Shown here piece after piece: positions 13,476 to 27,872 of a stretch of 64,000 bases of DNA. Every line of letters begins with the position of its first letter. The first letter of the stretch is position 1. Source of the stretch: Eledone cirrhosa (Eukaryota); assembly GCA_964016885.1 (NCBI GenBank), contig OZ024742.1:158348001-158412000 (forward strand), in the 5' to 3' direction. A program made the position numbers and the translations under genes. Below the pieces are notes generated by a model. That model was not told where the DNA came from, made no database searches, and was given only the letters and a program-made list of their open reading frames with translations.

Positions 13476-15851
13476 TTAATTCCTGTCGCTTATTTAATAG
13501 GATATCCTTAGATTTCATTATTTCAAATAGTTCTTGGGAACACAATCTACATTCATTTCTATTATTTGGATAAGGGGTTGCTCTTTTGAGCACACTCCAT
13601 GTCATATCATATTCTATATTCCTCTTTCTATAACTATTAATTTTTTCTGCTAGAGATGTTGTATTAGCCAGTGCGGCATTTTTAAAACTATGTTTGTGGG
13701 TATTAAATCTTACCTTAAAATTGTTAGAAGTAGCTCCTATATATGAGCAAAAAGAATCCTTAGTTTTAACTTTACATTTATATACTATGTTATTAACAAG
13801 ACAATTTCCTTTTAATGGGCAGTTTGCCTTGTTTCTACAGTTACAACCACCTTTCGTTAATTCTGTATTTGAGGAGATATTATGGCTAGTTTGATGTACT
13901 GGTGGTATACTTATGGTTTTTTTACATGTATATGCATTATAGGCACTTATATTTTGTTTTATGTTTTGGGTTGTTGAGTATGAGAATTTAACTGTTGATC
14001 TATTTAAGATTTGATGGTATTTGTGGTTTGGCGGGAAGTTTTTCTCTAGGATATTAAAGAATTTTTTAGGTATATTATCCTTAATTTGTAAATTAAATGG
14101 AGCATTATACCAAGTAACACGTCTATTACGGTTTCTATGTTGTTTATTGTTTTTATAGGATGCATCCTGATGTTTACTAGGAGGATTATTGTTAATGACC
14201 TCTCCACGCACATTTTTAGTTAGATTTATTGATTTAGGTGTTTTAGCTTGTTTATTAGGAGTTTTATTATTAACATTTATTAGAGTTGTAGGATGAGTAG
14301 TTTTTTGAGAGTTACTATACTGTAGAGGAGTTAGAGAAATTTGGTTTTATGTTGGTATTTTGGGGTATAGTGTGAGTGGCATTTAGGTGTGTACGTTTCA
14401 TTTGGTGTTTGTTGGTAATATTAGGTTGTATGTTTATAGTGTTATTGGTAGAAGGTATATATTCCAATCTATTTTTGTGGCCACTTCTAGCTAGAGCTTC
14501 GTTATAAAAGGTCGCATTTTTATCAAATACATCTTGGTTAGACGAAAGGTTAGAAATTCTAAGTGATATATTATATGCAAGGTTTTTAATTATAGATTTA
14601 GGGTGATTAGATTGTGAGTGTATGTAGTGTAAATTTTGGTTGGGTTTATGGTAAGGTTGGTAGATACCCGTAGGAAATTAACTACTTTACTTGTGTTTTC
14701 AAATGTAATATCTAGACTATAATAGTCTTTAAGGAAAGTTCTAATAAGCTTTTTGTTTTTTTCTATCTCTGAGAGGCTAAGGTTATTGGAAAGAAGAAGA
14801 CAGTCGTCACGATATAAACCACATTTAAGGTGGGGAAAGGAAGCATTTATGTTAAAAAGAAGAAAGAGGCCCACAAGATCAGTAATTTGGGCAGAATCGC
14901 TTGAGCCCATAGTAATATCAAATAGATTACTATATGTGTTTCTGGTCCAGTATTCATTCTGAAATTCAATTAGTGTTATTCTAGCATGTGTAAAAATATT
15001 AATGTCATCCAAAGTTAAGTTAGATCTATTTTTTAGCAAATATCAAAGCTTTAGAAGAATAGTAATTATCTATATCAAATTGTAGAAATGAAGCAGAGGA
15101 TTTATATCTAATATTATTAAACCAGTTAATTACCTGGGAAGTGTTTTCCCAGAGTGGTAAATTAACATGTTTTTTTTATTTGTTGGATGACTCTATCTAA
15201 AAATTTTTTGATAATTATTTCAATATCGGATTTGGAGGGACATATAAGTCTTATAGAAGGATTAGAGTTAAAGTTTGATTTATGATCTTTCAGGTTGAAG
15301 TGTGGTCTTTTCAATGCCAAAGGTTCAGTTCTATCTTCAATATTAAGTTTATTCACTATGTTGTGTGTTTTGTTGTTGATGTTAGTGAGTGACGCATTAT
15401 TTGTTTTTCTATAAATTTTCCTGAGTTCTTTATATATGAACTTATTGTAATTTTCAATATCCATGTGATATAGGTTTCCAGTTTTGTCCGAGTGGACATG
15501 GATTTTTTTAGATTTTTTTAGGTCCAATAGGGTAGAATCAAGGTCCTTTTGAAAGTTAGATTTATACCTCTTAAATTTGAGGTGTTTTATTAAATTAAAA
15601 AGGTCTTTCTCAAAGTTTTTAAGTAGAGAGTTGTGTGGTGGATTTTTATATGTAGTGAAATCATACATATATTTCCTCTCTGTACATTTTGATTTTTTAT
15701 CGAAGTGGTAGGCCCTCCATCTGACTCTTCTGATGAATTGGTTAGTTTTTTGTATCATAAGAAGTAATAAATCATCCTTAGAAGATAATGGTATATTCTT
15801 TAAAGAAGTTCCCAAGTATTGTTTTTCCATTGTGATATGGATAATGGACAA
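13420..15851 (-). pseudogene. PLE RT plus GIY-YIG polyprotein, multiple frameshifts
   Basis: Collinear ORF fragments covering N-terminus, RT, low-complexity linker, Zn-knuckle and GIY-YIG. Confidence 0.85.
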
Positions 15852-15962
15852 GAAAAAGAGCTCAACTATTTGTATATGGAGTTATAAAGTCATACATATA
15901 TATGTAATTACTGTAAGTCATACATATATATGTAAAGTCATACATATATATGTAATTACTGT

Positions 15963-16338
15963 AATTACTGTTGAACTTCAAAATTCCGCTTTAAATATTA
16001 TAAATTTAATTAGTATACACCTTAGAAATTAATAGATAAACTATTTTTATTTTAGTTAACCTATAATTAATATTCTACTTATATTAAAATACATAATTTG
16101 GCTTTCCTTCTTACAAATACCATTTCCTAAAACTGATACCACTAAGTAAACACATATAAAGCTTTAACTGCAGGTTAGTATTCTATGTTCCTTGAAACCT
16201 ATATATTTACTATTTCCCACTAATAAATTTAATCCCCCCCAATAATTATATGTATATGTAAGCGTGGATGTGTGTATGTATATGTAAGTGTGTATCTATG
16301 TATGTGTGTATGTATGTGAGGATAAAAACACTTATGTA

Positions 16339-16381
<43 letters not shown>

Positions 16382-17425
16382 AGGGATGTGTGTATGTATG
16401 TGTATATATGTGTATATGTGTCTGACTGTGTATATATGTGTGTGTATGTCTATATATATGTATGTCTGAGTGTGTGTGTGCGTGAGTGGTTATATATATA
16501 CACGTGTATGTGTGTGTATATATATAGGTGTATATATATATATATGTATGGGTATATGTTTTACTTAATTTTATGCGTGTGCATACAAACAGGTCAATAT
16601 GCGTGAGTGTAAGTATGTGTATCTGTGTGTATGTATGTACGTATCGAACGTATGGATGTGTAATTGTGCGTGTGAATATAAGCATGTATAATTTGATGTC
16701 TTTCTTTTATGTTTTTTTATGTTTCTTTTGTGAGACATGCGTGTCTGTGTATGTATGTACCCCCCACCCTTTTTTTGTCTTCTTTTCTTGAGTTTTTTCC
16801 TTCTAAAAAATTTTTTTCTTTCTAATTTATTGATACATTTTTATAAGTATGTCGAGATTGACACTTTCCTTTAATTACTATACTCCCTTACCTCTTTTAC
16901 TTCCGCATCTAAATGTAAGTGTGTGTGGGCGTGTTTATGTGAGCGCCTCAATATTCATATACTTATGATGTATCTATTCCGTCTGTTGATTACAGACATA
17001 CAGATACATTAGCCCTAAATTTTAGATTTACACACACTTTTTCACTATACGTATACATATGAGCATACACGTATATGCACATCTGTGAGCGTATTGACAT
17101 ACATATACACACACCTAACTATATTTTCTTGATGAATTTCAATCTCTATTTCATTGGTCTATTCAAAATCTGTTTCCAAACAGACCTATTGTATTGAATT
17201 GTTGTTATTATCAATAAACAAGCATCATTATTTCTGAAGACAGCATATATATGTGAAGGTATGTATATTCCCTCTGATAGTTTGTATAATTTTGTACATA
17301 GATCTTTTGAATATGCATACCAATTCTAACACATATATATCCTAGAAACGATCGTAAAATAATGAATTTTTTTTTATTTAATATAAGGAACTGTTTCTTT
17401 GTTTATTCATTATTTGTTTCATAAT
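15963..17425 (+). mobile_element. Inverted pLTR of family H1
   Basis: Near-identical reverse complement of ~11213-12667, forming a ~1.45 kb inverted repeat. Confidence 0.9.
17225..17365 (+). ncRNA. Type I hammerhead ribozyme with ~105-nt stem II
   Basis: UCAUUAUUU-CUGAAGA-[AUAUAUAUGUG/CACAUAUAUAU and GGUAUGUAUAUUC/GAAUAUGCAUACC helices]-GAAA-CGAUCG-UA-AAAUAAUGA. 9-bp stem I and palindromic stem III. Confidence 0.82.
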
Positions 17426-17971
<546 letters not shown>

Positions 17972-17972
<1 letters not shown>

Positions 17973-18172
17973 TTGTTATACTTTGGGAGGTTCATATTGC
18001 CAATAAGTAACACATGCACCAGTTGCTTTCACTTCAATTTATTATAATAAATTTATAATAAATTTATAAATTTATAAATTTCTGGTTGGTTGGTTGGTTC
18101 CACAACCAGATAGTTGTTTATATATAGTCATAGTTCTTTCGTCACACACTATGTGACCTCTTCAGAAACGAA
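17972..18172 (-). mobile_element. Family A-type pLTR fragment truncated at the 5' side of the HHR core
   Basis: Reverse complement of ~10481-10665. The HHR lacks the 5' strand of stem I. Confidence 0.85.
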
Positions 18173-18417
18173 ATATATATATATATATAAATATATAAAT
18201 ATATATATAAATATATATATAAATATATATATTAATATATATATATATATTAAAAATTAGAATTGGAGCTCTGAAATAGCAATATATATATGGATGTATA
18301 TATAATGTATTTTGCAATACACTTTATGCTTAATTAAAAGCATTTTGAAGACCGTATGCTATTGTTTTAGAGTAGTGACAAATTCACTTACTTTAATCTC
18401 AGCAAACAGGGGACATA

Positions 18418-18462
18418 AGCCGACAAGGCCTTGTTTCGCTTTTGTTGAAGCTTATCAAGGCT
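18418..18462 (-). ncRNA. Type I hammerhead ribozyme, U3-A8 core variant
   Basis: Reverse complement of 18843-18887. Confidence 0.85.
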
Positions 18463-18842
18463 AACTACCCCTCCTGTCTACTGAGATTACTGATGTTATA
18501 TTCTTATAGAATTCTAGTAAATAATCAGGAACTGATTATACAGAGCGATTGTTGGTCAGGCAGAAATTAAAATTAGAATTGGAGCTCTGAAATAGCAATA
18601 TATATATGGATGCATATATAATGTATTTTGCAATACACTTTATGCTTAATTAAAAGCATTTTGAAGACCGTATGCTATTGTTTTAGAGTAGTGACAATTT
18701 CTCTTACTTTAAACTCAGCAAACAAATCTAATTTTTAATTTCTGCCTTACCAACAATCGCTCTGTATAATCAGTTACTGATTATTTACTAGAATTCTATA
18801 AGAATATAACATCAGTAATCTCAGTAGACAGGAGGGGTAGTT

Positions 18843-18887
18843 AGCCTTGATAAGCTTCAACAAAAGCGAAACAAGGCCTTGTCGGCT
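18843..18887 (+). ncRNA. Type I hammerhead ribozyme, U3-A8 core variant
   Basis: AGCC-UUGAUAA-GCUU caacaa AAGC-GAAA-CAAGGCCUUG-UC-GGCU. All three stems pair and the cleavage triplet is GUC. Confidence 0.85.
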
Positions 18888-19047
18888 TATCTCCCCTGTT
18901 TGCTGAGATTAAAGTAAGTGAATTTTTCACTACTCTAAAACAATAGCATACGGTCTTCAAAATGCTTTTAATTAAGCATAAAGTGCATTGCAAAATACAT
19001 TATATATACATCCATATATATATTGCTATTTCAGAGCTCCAATTCTA

Positions 19048-19100
<53 letters not shown>

Positions 19101-19110
19101 TATATATATA

Positions 19111-22100
19111 TACAACTGAATTCATTCGCCTGATATAGAGGTTGCCTCCCTTGCCGATCCCCACGTGGGGTCAGCAATAGTCAGTCCTTGTATTAGCATT
19201 GAACTAAAACCTGTTGAGAAAGCGGTTTCCTCGTTCAATCATCTTACCAGAAGCCTAACATTATTTATGTAAGTGGAGAGTACTTGATTTAGTAGTCGCA
19301 GAAACCCAAATGCTGGAATTTACCAACCTTCCAGGGGTCTGGGTAAATTTTCAATCACATATATTTATTATTTGTTTGACCCGAATTACCTGATCGTTTT
19401 ATTTTTTGATTCTGCGGATGACTGTTTAACCATCGTCTCAGTGTGTTTGGCTTTTAACCTTTGTTATAGCTCTGGTTCATCTGAATCATTGAGCACTTGC
19501 ACACATATCGGAGGTTGTTTTTCGTTATTTCGTGGGTCGAAATGTGATTCTCGATAATTTATATTTGTATTAATCTCCAGATTCTAGTTATTGACCAGTT
19601 CATTTTCTTGATTTTTTAGTTGATTCTATTGACTGATGAATAGCTTAAGTTAACTTTAACCCCTCTGTTGAGAACTCTATTCGATTTGTGATGTTTTGCA
19701 TTCTTGCAATAATATACACAACTGAATTCATTCGCCTGATATAGGGGTTGCCTCCCTTGCCGATCCCCACGTCGGGTCAGCAATACTTAGTCCTTGTTGA
19801 ACTAAAACCTGTTGAGAAAGCGGTTTCCTTGTTCAATCATCTTACCAGAAGCCTAACATTATTTATGTAAGCGGACAGTACTTGATTCAGAAGTCGCAGA
19901 AACCTAAATGCTGGATTTTACCTACCTTCCAGGGATTTGGGTAAATTTTCAATCACATATATTTATTATTTGTTTGACCCGAATTACCTGATCGTTTTTT
20001 TTATGGCTGTGCGTATGATTGTTTAACTATCTTCTCAATGTGTTTGGCCTTTAACGTTTGGCTCTGCTTCATCTGAATCATTGAGCACTTGCCACACATA
20101 TCGGAGGTTGTTTTTCGTTATTTCATGGGCCGAAATGCCATTCTCGATAATTTATATTTGTATTAATCTCCAGATTCTAGATATTTCACCAGTTAATTTT
20201 CTTGATTTTTTTAGTTGATTCTATTGATTGATGAATAGCTTATGTTAACTTTAACCACTCTGTGGAGAATTCTATTCGATTTGTGATGTTTTGCATTCTT
20301 GCAATAATATACACAACTGAATTCATTCGCCTGATATAGGAGTTGCCTCCCTTGCCGATCCCCACGTGGGGTCAGCAATAGTCAGTCCTTGTTGTTAGCA
20401 TTGAACTAAAACCTGTTGAGAAAGCGGTTTCCTTGTTCAATCATCTTAGCAGAAGCTTAACATTATTTATGTAAGCGGACAGTACTTGATTCAGAAGTCG
20501 CAGAAACCTAAATGCTGGATTTTACCTACCTTCCAGGGATCCGGGTAAATTTTCAATCACATATATTTATTATTTGTTTGACCCGAATTACCTGATCGTT
20601 TTTTTGGGGGCTGTGCGGATGATTGTTTAACCATCGTCTCATTGTGTTTGGCCTTTAACCTTTGTTATAGCTCTGGTTCATCTGAATCATTGAGCACTTG
20701 CACACATATCGGAGGTTGTTTTTCGTTATTTCGTGGGTCGAAATGTGATTCTCGATAATTTATGTTTGTATTAATCTCCAGATTCTAGATATTGACCAGT
20801 TAATTTTCTTGATTTTTTTAGTTGATTCTATTGACTGATGAATAGCTTATGTTAACTTTAACCCCTCTGTTGAGAATTCTATTCGATTTGTGATGTTTTG
20901 CATTCTTGCAATAATATACACAACTTTTCATTCGCCTGATATAGAGGTTGCCTCCCTTCCCTATCCCCACGTGGGGTCAGCAATAGTCAGTCCTTGTATT
21001 AGCTTTGAACTAAAACCTGTTGAGAAAGCGGTTTTCTTGTTCAATCATCTTACTAGAAGCCTAACATTATTTATGTAATTGGACAGTACTTGATTCAGGA
21101 GTAGCGGAAACCCAAATGCTGGATTTTACCAACCTTCCACGGGTCCGGGTAAATTTTCAATCACATATATTTATTATTTGTTTGACCCGAATTACTTGAT
21201 CGTTTTTTTTTTTTGATTCTGCGGATGATTGTTTAACCATCGTCTCACTGTGTTTGTCTTTTAACCTTTGTTATAGCTCTGGTTCATCTGAATCATTGAG
21301 CACTTGCACACATATCGGAGGTTGTTTTTCGTTATTTCGTAGGTCGAAATGTGATTCTCGATAATTTATATTTGTATTAATCTCCAGATTCTAGCTATTG
21401 ACCAGTTCATTTTCTTGATTTTTTAGTTGATTCTATTGACTGATGAATAGCTTAAGTTAACTTTAACCACTCTGTTGAGAACTCTATTCGATTTGTGATG
21501 TTTTGCATTCTTGCAATAATATACGCAACTGAATTCATTCGCCTGATATAGGGGTTGCCCCCCCTTGCCGATCCCCACGTAGGGTCAGCAATAGTCAGTC
21601 CTTGTTGTTAGCATTGAACTAAAACCTGTTGAGAAAGCGGTTTCCTTGTTCAATCATCTTAGCAGAAGCTTAACATTATTTATGTAAGTGGACAGTACTT
21701 GATTCAGAAGTCGCAGAAACCTAAATGCTGGATTTTACCTACCTTCCAGGGATCCGGGTAAATTTTCAATCACATATATTTATTATTTGTTTGACCCGAA
21801 TTACCTGATCGTTTTTTTTTGGCTGTGCGGATGATTGTTTAAACATCGTCTCAGTGTGTTTGTCCTTTAACCTTTGTTATAGCTCTGGTTCATCTGAATC
21901 ATTGAGCACTTGCACACATATCGGAGGTTGTTTTTCGTTATTTCGTGGGTCGAAATGTGATTCTCGATAATTTATGTTTGTATTAATCTCCAGATTCTAG
22001 ATATTGACCAGTTAATTTTCTTGATTTTTTTAGTTGATTCTATTGACTGATGAATAGCTTATATTAACTTTAACCCCTCTGTTGAGAATTCTATTCGATT

Positions 22101-25100
22101 TGTGATGTTTTGCATTCTTGCAATATATATACACAACTGAATTCATTCGCCTGATATAGAGGTTGCCTCCCTTGCCGATCCCCGCGTGGGGTCAGTAATA
22201 GTCAGTCCTTGTATTAGCATTGAACTAAAACCTGTTGAGAAAGCGGTTTCCTTGTTCAATCATCTTACCAGAAGCCTAACATTATTTATGTAAGTGGATA
22301 GTACTTGATTTAGGAGTCGCAGAAACCCTAATGCTGGATTTTACCAACCTTCCAGGTGTCCGGGTAAATTTTCAATCACATATATTTATTATTTGTTTGA
22401 CCCGAATTACTTGATCGTTTTTTTTTTTGATTCTGCGGATGATTGTTTAACCATCGTCCCACTGTGTTTGTCTTTTAACCTTTGTTATAGCTCTGGTTCA
22501 TCTGAACCATTGAGCACTTGCACACATATCGGAGGTTGTTTTTCGTTATTTAGTAGGTCGAAATGTGATTCTCGATAATTTATATTTGTATTAATCTCCA
22601 GATTCTAGCTATTGACCAGTTCATTTTCTTGATTTTTTAGTTGATTCTATTGACTGATGAATAGCTTAAGTTATCTTTAACCCCGCTGTTGAGAACTCTA
22701 TTCGATTTGTGATGTTTTGCATTCTTGCAATAATATACACAACTGAATTCATTCGCCTGATATAGGGGTTGCCTTCCTTGCCTATCCCCACGTGGGGTCA
22801 GCAATAGTCAGTCCTTGTATTAGCATTGAACTAAAACCTGTTGAGAAAGCGGTTTCCTTGTTCAATCATCTTACCAGAAGCTTAACATTATTTATGTAAG
22901 CGGACAGTACTTGATTCAGAAGTCGCAGAAACCTAAATGCTGGATTTTAATAACATTCCAGGGATCCGGGTAAATTTTCAATCACATATATTTATTTTTT
23001 GTTTGACCCGAATTACTTGATCGTTTTTTTTTTTTGATTCTGCGGATGATTCTTTAACCATCGTCTCAGTGTGTTTGGCTTTTAACCTTTTTTATAGCTC
23101 TGGTTTATCTGAATCATTGAGCACTTGCACACATATCGGAGGTTGTTTTTCGTTATTTCGTGGGTCGAAATGTGATTCTCGATAATTTATGTTTATATTA
23201 ATCTCCAGATTATAGATATTGACCAGTTAATTTTCTTGATTTTTTTAGTTGATTCTATTGACTGATGAATAGATTATGTTAACTTTAACCCCTCTGTTGA
23301 GAATTCTATTCGATTTGTGATGTTTTGCATTCTTGCCATAATATACACAACTTTTCATTCGCCTGATATAGAGGTTGCCTCCCTTGCCTATCCCCACGTG
23401 GGGTCAGCAATAGTCAGTCCTTGTATTAGCATTGAACTAAAACCTGTTGAGAAAGCGGTTTCCTTGTTCAATCATCTTACTAGAGGCCTAACATTATTTA
23501 TGTAAGTTGACAGTACTTCATTCAGAAGTCGCAGAAACCTAAATGCTGGATTTTACCAACCTTCCAGGTGTCCGGGTAAATTTTCAATCACATATATTTA
23601 TTATTTGTTTGACCCGAATTACTTGATCGTTTTTTTTTGCCTGTAGCGGATGATTGTTTAACCATCGTCTCAGTGTGTTTGGCCTTTAACGTTTGTTATA
23701 ACTCTGGTTCATCTGAATCATTGAGCACTTGCACACATATCGGAGGTTGTTTTTCGTTATTTCGTGGGTCGAAATGTGATTCTCGATAATTTATGTTTGT
23801 ATTAATCTCCAGATTGTAGATATTGACCAGTTAATTTTCTTGATTTTTTTAGTTGATTCTATTGACTGATGAATAACTTAAGTTATCTTTAACCCCGCTG
23901 TTGAGAACTCTATTCGATTTGTGATGTTTTGCATTCTTGCAATAATATACACAACTGAATTCATTCGCCTGATATAGGGGTTGCCTTCCTTGCCTATCCC
24001 CACGTGGGGTCAGCAATAGTCAGTCCTTGTATTAGCATTGAACTAAAACCTGTTGAGAAAGCGGTTTCCTTGTTCAATCATCTTACCAGAAGCTTAACAT
24101 TATTTATGTAAGCGGACAGTACTTGATTCAGAAGTCGCAGAAACCTAAATGCTGGATTTTACCTACCTTCCAGGGATCCGGGTAAATTTACAATCACATA
24201 TATTTATTATTTGTTTGACCCGAATTACTTCATCGTTTTTTTTGCCTGTGCGGATGATTGTTTAACCATCGTCTCAGTGTGTTTGGCCTTTAACGTTTGT
24301 TATAGCTCTGGTTCATCTGAATAATTAAGCACTTGCCACACATCTCGGCGGTTGGTTTTCGTTATTTCGTGGGCCGAAATGCGATTCTCGATAATTTATA
24401 TTTGTATCAATCACCAGATTCTAGCTTTTAACCAGTTAATTTCCTTGATTTTTTTAGTTGATTCTATTGACTGATGAATAGCTTATGTTAACTTTAACCC
24501 CTCTGTTGAGAACTCTATTCGATTTGTGATATTTTGCATTCTTACAAGAATATACACAACTGAATTCATTCGCCTGATATAGGGGTTGCCTTCCTTGCCT
24601 ATCCCCACGTGGGGTCAGCAATAGTCAGGCCTTGTATTAGCATTGAACTAAAACCTGTTGAGAAAGCGGTTTCCTTGTTCAATCATCTTACCAGAAGCTT
24701 AACATTATTTATGTAAGCGGACAGTACTTGATTCAGAAGTCGCAGAAACCTAAATGCTGGATTTTACCTACCTTCCAGGGATCCGGGTAAATTTTCAATC
24801 ACATATATTTATTATTTGTTTGACCCGAATTACTTGATCGTTTTTTTTTTTGCCTGTGCGGATGATTGTTTAACCATCGTCTCAGTGTGTTTGGCCTTTA
24901 ACGTTTGTTATAGCTCTGGTTCATCTGAATAATTGAGCACTTGCCACACATCTCGGAGGTTGTTTTTCGTTATTTCGTGGGCCAAAATGCGATTCTCGAT
25001 AATTTATATTTGTATCAATCTCCAGATTCTAGCTTGTGACCAGTTAGTTTCCTTGATTTTTTTAGTTGATTCTATTGACTGATGAATAGCTTATGTTAAC

Positions 25101-25954
25101 TTTAACCCCTCTGTTGAGAACTCTATTCGATTTGTGATATTTTGCATTCTTACAATAATATACACAACTGAATTCATTCGCCTGATATAGGGGTTGCCTC
25201 CTTACCTATCCCAACGTGTGGTCAGCAATAGTCAGTCCTTGTATTAGCATTGAACTAAAACCTGTTGAGAAAGCGGTTTCCTTGTTCAATCATCTTACCA
25301 GAAGCCTAACATTATTTATGTAAGCGGACAGTACTTCATTCAGAAGTCGCAGAAACATAAATGCGGGATTTTACCTACCTTCCGGGGATCCGGGTAAATT
25401 TTCAATCACATATATTTGTTATTTGTTTGAACCGAATTACCTGATCGTTTTTTTTGGCTGTGCGGATGATTGTTTAGCCATCGTCTCAGTGTGTTTGGAC
25501 TTTAACGTCTGGCTCTGGTTCATCTGAATAATTGAGCACTTTCCACACATCTCGGAGTTTGTTTTTCGTTATTTCGTGGGCCGAAATGCGATTCTCGATA
25601 ATTTATATTTGTATCAATCTGCAGATTCTAGCTTTTGACCAGTTAATTTCCTTGATTTTTTTAGTTGATTCTATTGACTGATGAATAGCTTATGTTACCT
25701 TTAACCCCTCTGTTGAGAACTCTATTCGATTTGTGATATTTTGCATTCTTACAATAATATACACAACTGAATTCATTCGTCTGATATAGGGGTTGCCTTC
25801 CTTGCCTATCCCCACGTGGGGTCAGCAATAGTCAGTCCTTGTATTAGCATTGAACTAAAGCCTGTTGAGAAAGCGGTTTCCTTGTTCAATCATCTTACCA
25901 GAAGCCTAACATTATTTATGTAAGTGGACAGTACTTGATTTAGTAGTCGCAGAA
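19111..25954 (+). repeat. Tandem array of ~605-bp units (~11.3 copies)
   Basis: Unit start ACAACTGAATTCATTCGCCTG at ~19112, 19718, 20313, 20920, 21525, 22133, 22739, 23347, 23953, 24556, 25164 and 25763. No conserved long ORF. Confidence 0.97.
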
Positions 25955-25979
25955 ATAACAGTCCAATTCATATATATAT

Positions 25980-26438
25980 TTCGGCTCTCTTACAGGATGA
26001 GCTATTAAGTTGTGCGTGTTGGACTGTTATTTCTGTTCAATACGCGCTTACCACGTTTGACTGGCGGCGCACGAGGTGATAAATTCATCTTTCTGTGTGA
26101 ACGTTGGCAAATAGTGTTTGTGACATTTAATTGCAATCTTTCGCTGATGAAGCCCAGGATTATATGTTACAAACACGCTCAGGGCGAAACAGATTAGGGA
26201 TAATCTGTCCGAGAGATATAATGGTTATTGAGGCGGTTTGTATTATGATAATATATTTTTATTTTGGTTTTGTCATCCTGTCTGTTTCTTAGTTAAATAT
26301 TTCAAGCATATGTGGTTTTTCAACCCCTGTAATTTTAGACACACGGTTTACTGTGTTTCTTACAATATATTGTTAATCGGCTCAGTATTTATTTGTACTT
26401 TATACTTAGAGCTTAATGGTTAGAGGGTTCTAATTCAT
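25980..26438 (+). mobile_element. ~460-bp non-coding element with canonical hammerhead (retrozyme-like or solo pLTR)
   Basis: Lies between TA tracts, contains HHR 26136-26217, and shares GCTC hairpins and CTGTTATTTCT with the 548 and 566 bp repeats. Confidence 0.7.
26136..26217 (+). ncRNA. Canonical type I hammerhead ribozyme
   Basis: AUCUUUCG-CUGAUGA-A-GCCC(24 nt)GGGC-GAAA-CAGAUUA ggga UAAUCUG-UC-CGAGAGAU. Predicted cut after C26209. Confidence 0.92.
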
Positions 26439-27542
<1,104 letters not shown>

Positions 27543-27639
27543 AGAATAATAAAATTGAAGACTAAAATCCAAAGAGGGCTCGATAAGGAAAATATACATC
27601 AAATATATAAGAACCGGAGAGCAAATAATTATTAAAATA

Positions 27640-27715
27640 ACAGATTAAAGTTTAAGCAAAGAATCGCTGCTTTCACCCTTAACGGGGTCTTCTGAAACTA
27701 ACAAAGTCAATCTGT
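27640..27715 (-). ncRNA. Hammerhead-like fold with CAGAAGA (A4) core
   Basis: Inverted copy of 30031-30106. Confidence 0.6.
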
Positions 27716-27872
27716 AAACGCAGAACTGGATATTACAAAAAACGTTGCAACCGGAGGAAGACAGGAAGACGATACTTTGGTTCGTGGAAACGTTCGCTGG
27801 CAAAGAACGGGAAAAAACGAATAATACGTCATTAAGAGGAGCGGTGAAAAACAATTACGCGCAAAGACAGAA

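Larger units (their letters stand above)
11213..15880 (-). mobile_element. PLE family H1 (YRDD-type RT, Hydra-clade-like), near full length and frameshifted, with ~2.2 kb 3' region
   Basis: ORF pieces: 15162-15851 (SLKNIPL..RRVRWRAY..SDKTGNLY..LKDHKSNF..RLICPSKS), 14590-15039 (FDITMGSSDSAQITDLVG, GLYRDD) and 13420-14211 (WYNAPF, CNCRNKANCPLKGNC, YIG, CRLC, LNKRQE..CNH). Confidence 0.88.
18250..19050. repeat. 316-bp non-coding unit: ~1.5 copies on minus, then 1 copy on plus, each with a hammerhead
   Basis: ATTAGAATTGGAGCTC occurs at 18256 and 18572 (period 316). The inversion is at ~18725. Both outer ends abut (TA)n at nearly the same unit position. Confidence 0.88.

Noticed and set aside
11213-17425. 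1.45-kb terminal inverted repeats suggesting a DNA transposon
   Set aside because: The interior encodes RT plus GIY-YIG and the repeats are HHR-bearing pLTRs; no transposase.
18265-18375. Resemblance to Cas9 repeat or sgRNA scaffold (GAGCTCTGAAATAGCAA, GTTTTAGAG)
   Set aside because: Short chance matches in eukaryotic repeat DNA; no repeat-spacer array or cas gene.
19112-19190. HDV-like ribozyme on the minus strand of the 605-bp unit (GGCAAC..GGCGAAUG, CCCACGU)
   Set aside because: I could not build P1, P2 and P3 in the required nested order; a simple hairpin explains the sequence.
19630-19686. CTGATGA in each 605-bp unit as a hammerhead core or SECIS
   Set aside because: No GAAA closes stem II. 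The GAAUAG/CUAUUC pairing is out of register for a SECIS quartet.
19111-25954. CRISPR array or coding repeat
   Set aside because: Whole units repeat with no unique spacers. The 61-62 aa ORFs occur only in some units and break at T-runs.
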